From a virus (lineage: Duplodnaviria > Heunggongvirae > Uroviricota > Caudoviricetes), in the IMG/VR virus record IMGVR_UViG_2684622541_000015: 45,369 nucleotides of DNA; one strand, 5' to 3'. Both the position numbers and the translations under genes were made by a program. Below, one piece after another: positions 45,127 to 45,369 of the stretch (its first letter is position 1; each line of letters opens with the position of its first letter). The notes beneath the pieces were generated by a model that was not told where the DNA came from, did no database searches, and was given only the letters and a program-made list of their open reading frames with translations.

Positions 45127-45369
45127 ATGCTGGAACTACTTTTTGTGATTGGCTTTTTTGTCATGCTGATGGTCACCGGCGTTTCGTTGCTGGGCATTAT
45201 CGCCGCGCTGGTTGTGGCGACGGCCATTATGTTCCTCGGCGGTATGCTGGCATTGATGATTAAGTTGCTGCCGTGGTTACTACTGGCGATTGCGGTGGTG
45301 TGGGTTATTAAGGCGATTAAAGCACCAAAAGTGCCGAAATATCAGCGTTATGACCGCTGGCGTTACTAA
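45127..45369 (+). CDS. pspG: phage shock protein G
   Basis: 80-aa hydrophobic protein MLELLFVIGFFVMLMVTG…KYQRYDRWRY matching E. coli PspG; lies downstream of dusA as in E. coli. The 150-aa track ORF is an upstream in-frame extension. Confidence 0.8.
   Translation: MLELLFVIGFFVMLMVTGVSLLGIIAALVVATAIMFLGGMLALMIKLLPWLLLAIAVVWVIKAIKAPKVPKYQRYDRWRY

Noticed and set aside
44917-45369. 150-aa ORF as the pspG product
   Set aside because: The recognisable PspG sequence starts at the internal ATG 45127 (MLELLF…); the upstream 70 codons lie in the dusA-pspG intergenic region and are not part of the 80-aa protein I recall.

Overview
This window is almost entirely one lambdoid, cos-type prophage of an enterobacterial (E. 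coli-like) host, inserted beside dusA, with host dusA and pspG at the right edge. Read left to right it holds: a Panacea-domain gene pair, minus-strand early-left genes (PrtN-like, an AT-rich membrane protein, YfdQ-like, YfdP-like), an immunity region (S24-type cI, cro, CII-like), replication and nin-like genes (HTH initiator, PerC-like, Dam-like methyltransferase, LexA-DBD-only protein, RusA, KilA-N, DUF968, Q), a late promoter region with a lipoprotein moron and a second methyltransferase, a pinholin/SAR-endolysin/Rz/Rz1 lysis cassette, a candidate cos site, lambda-like head and tail genes (Nu1, A, W, portal, protease-capsid fusion, Z, U, V, G/GT, H, M, L, K, I, J, lom fragment, stf, tfa), then an AT-rich cargo island, a dinI-like gene and a tyrosine integrase divergent from dusA. 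The most interesting element is that cargo island (40339..42460): a reverse transcriptase overlapped by an upstream multi-pass membrane protein gene and preceded by a hairpin-dense region with repeated inverted G/C motifs, which I read as a candidate RT-based anti-phage module that I cannot place in a known family by eye. Three runs of N (35393..35803, 36497..36563, 40261..40324) are assembly gaps; they truncate J and lom, interrupt stf, and hide what lies just downstream of the RT. No rRNA, tRNA or CRISPR array was seen. All family assignments come from reading motifs and recalling protein families; no database search was run.
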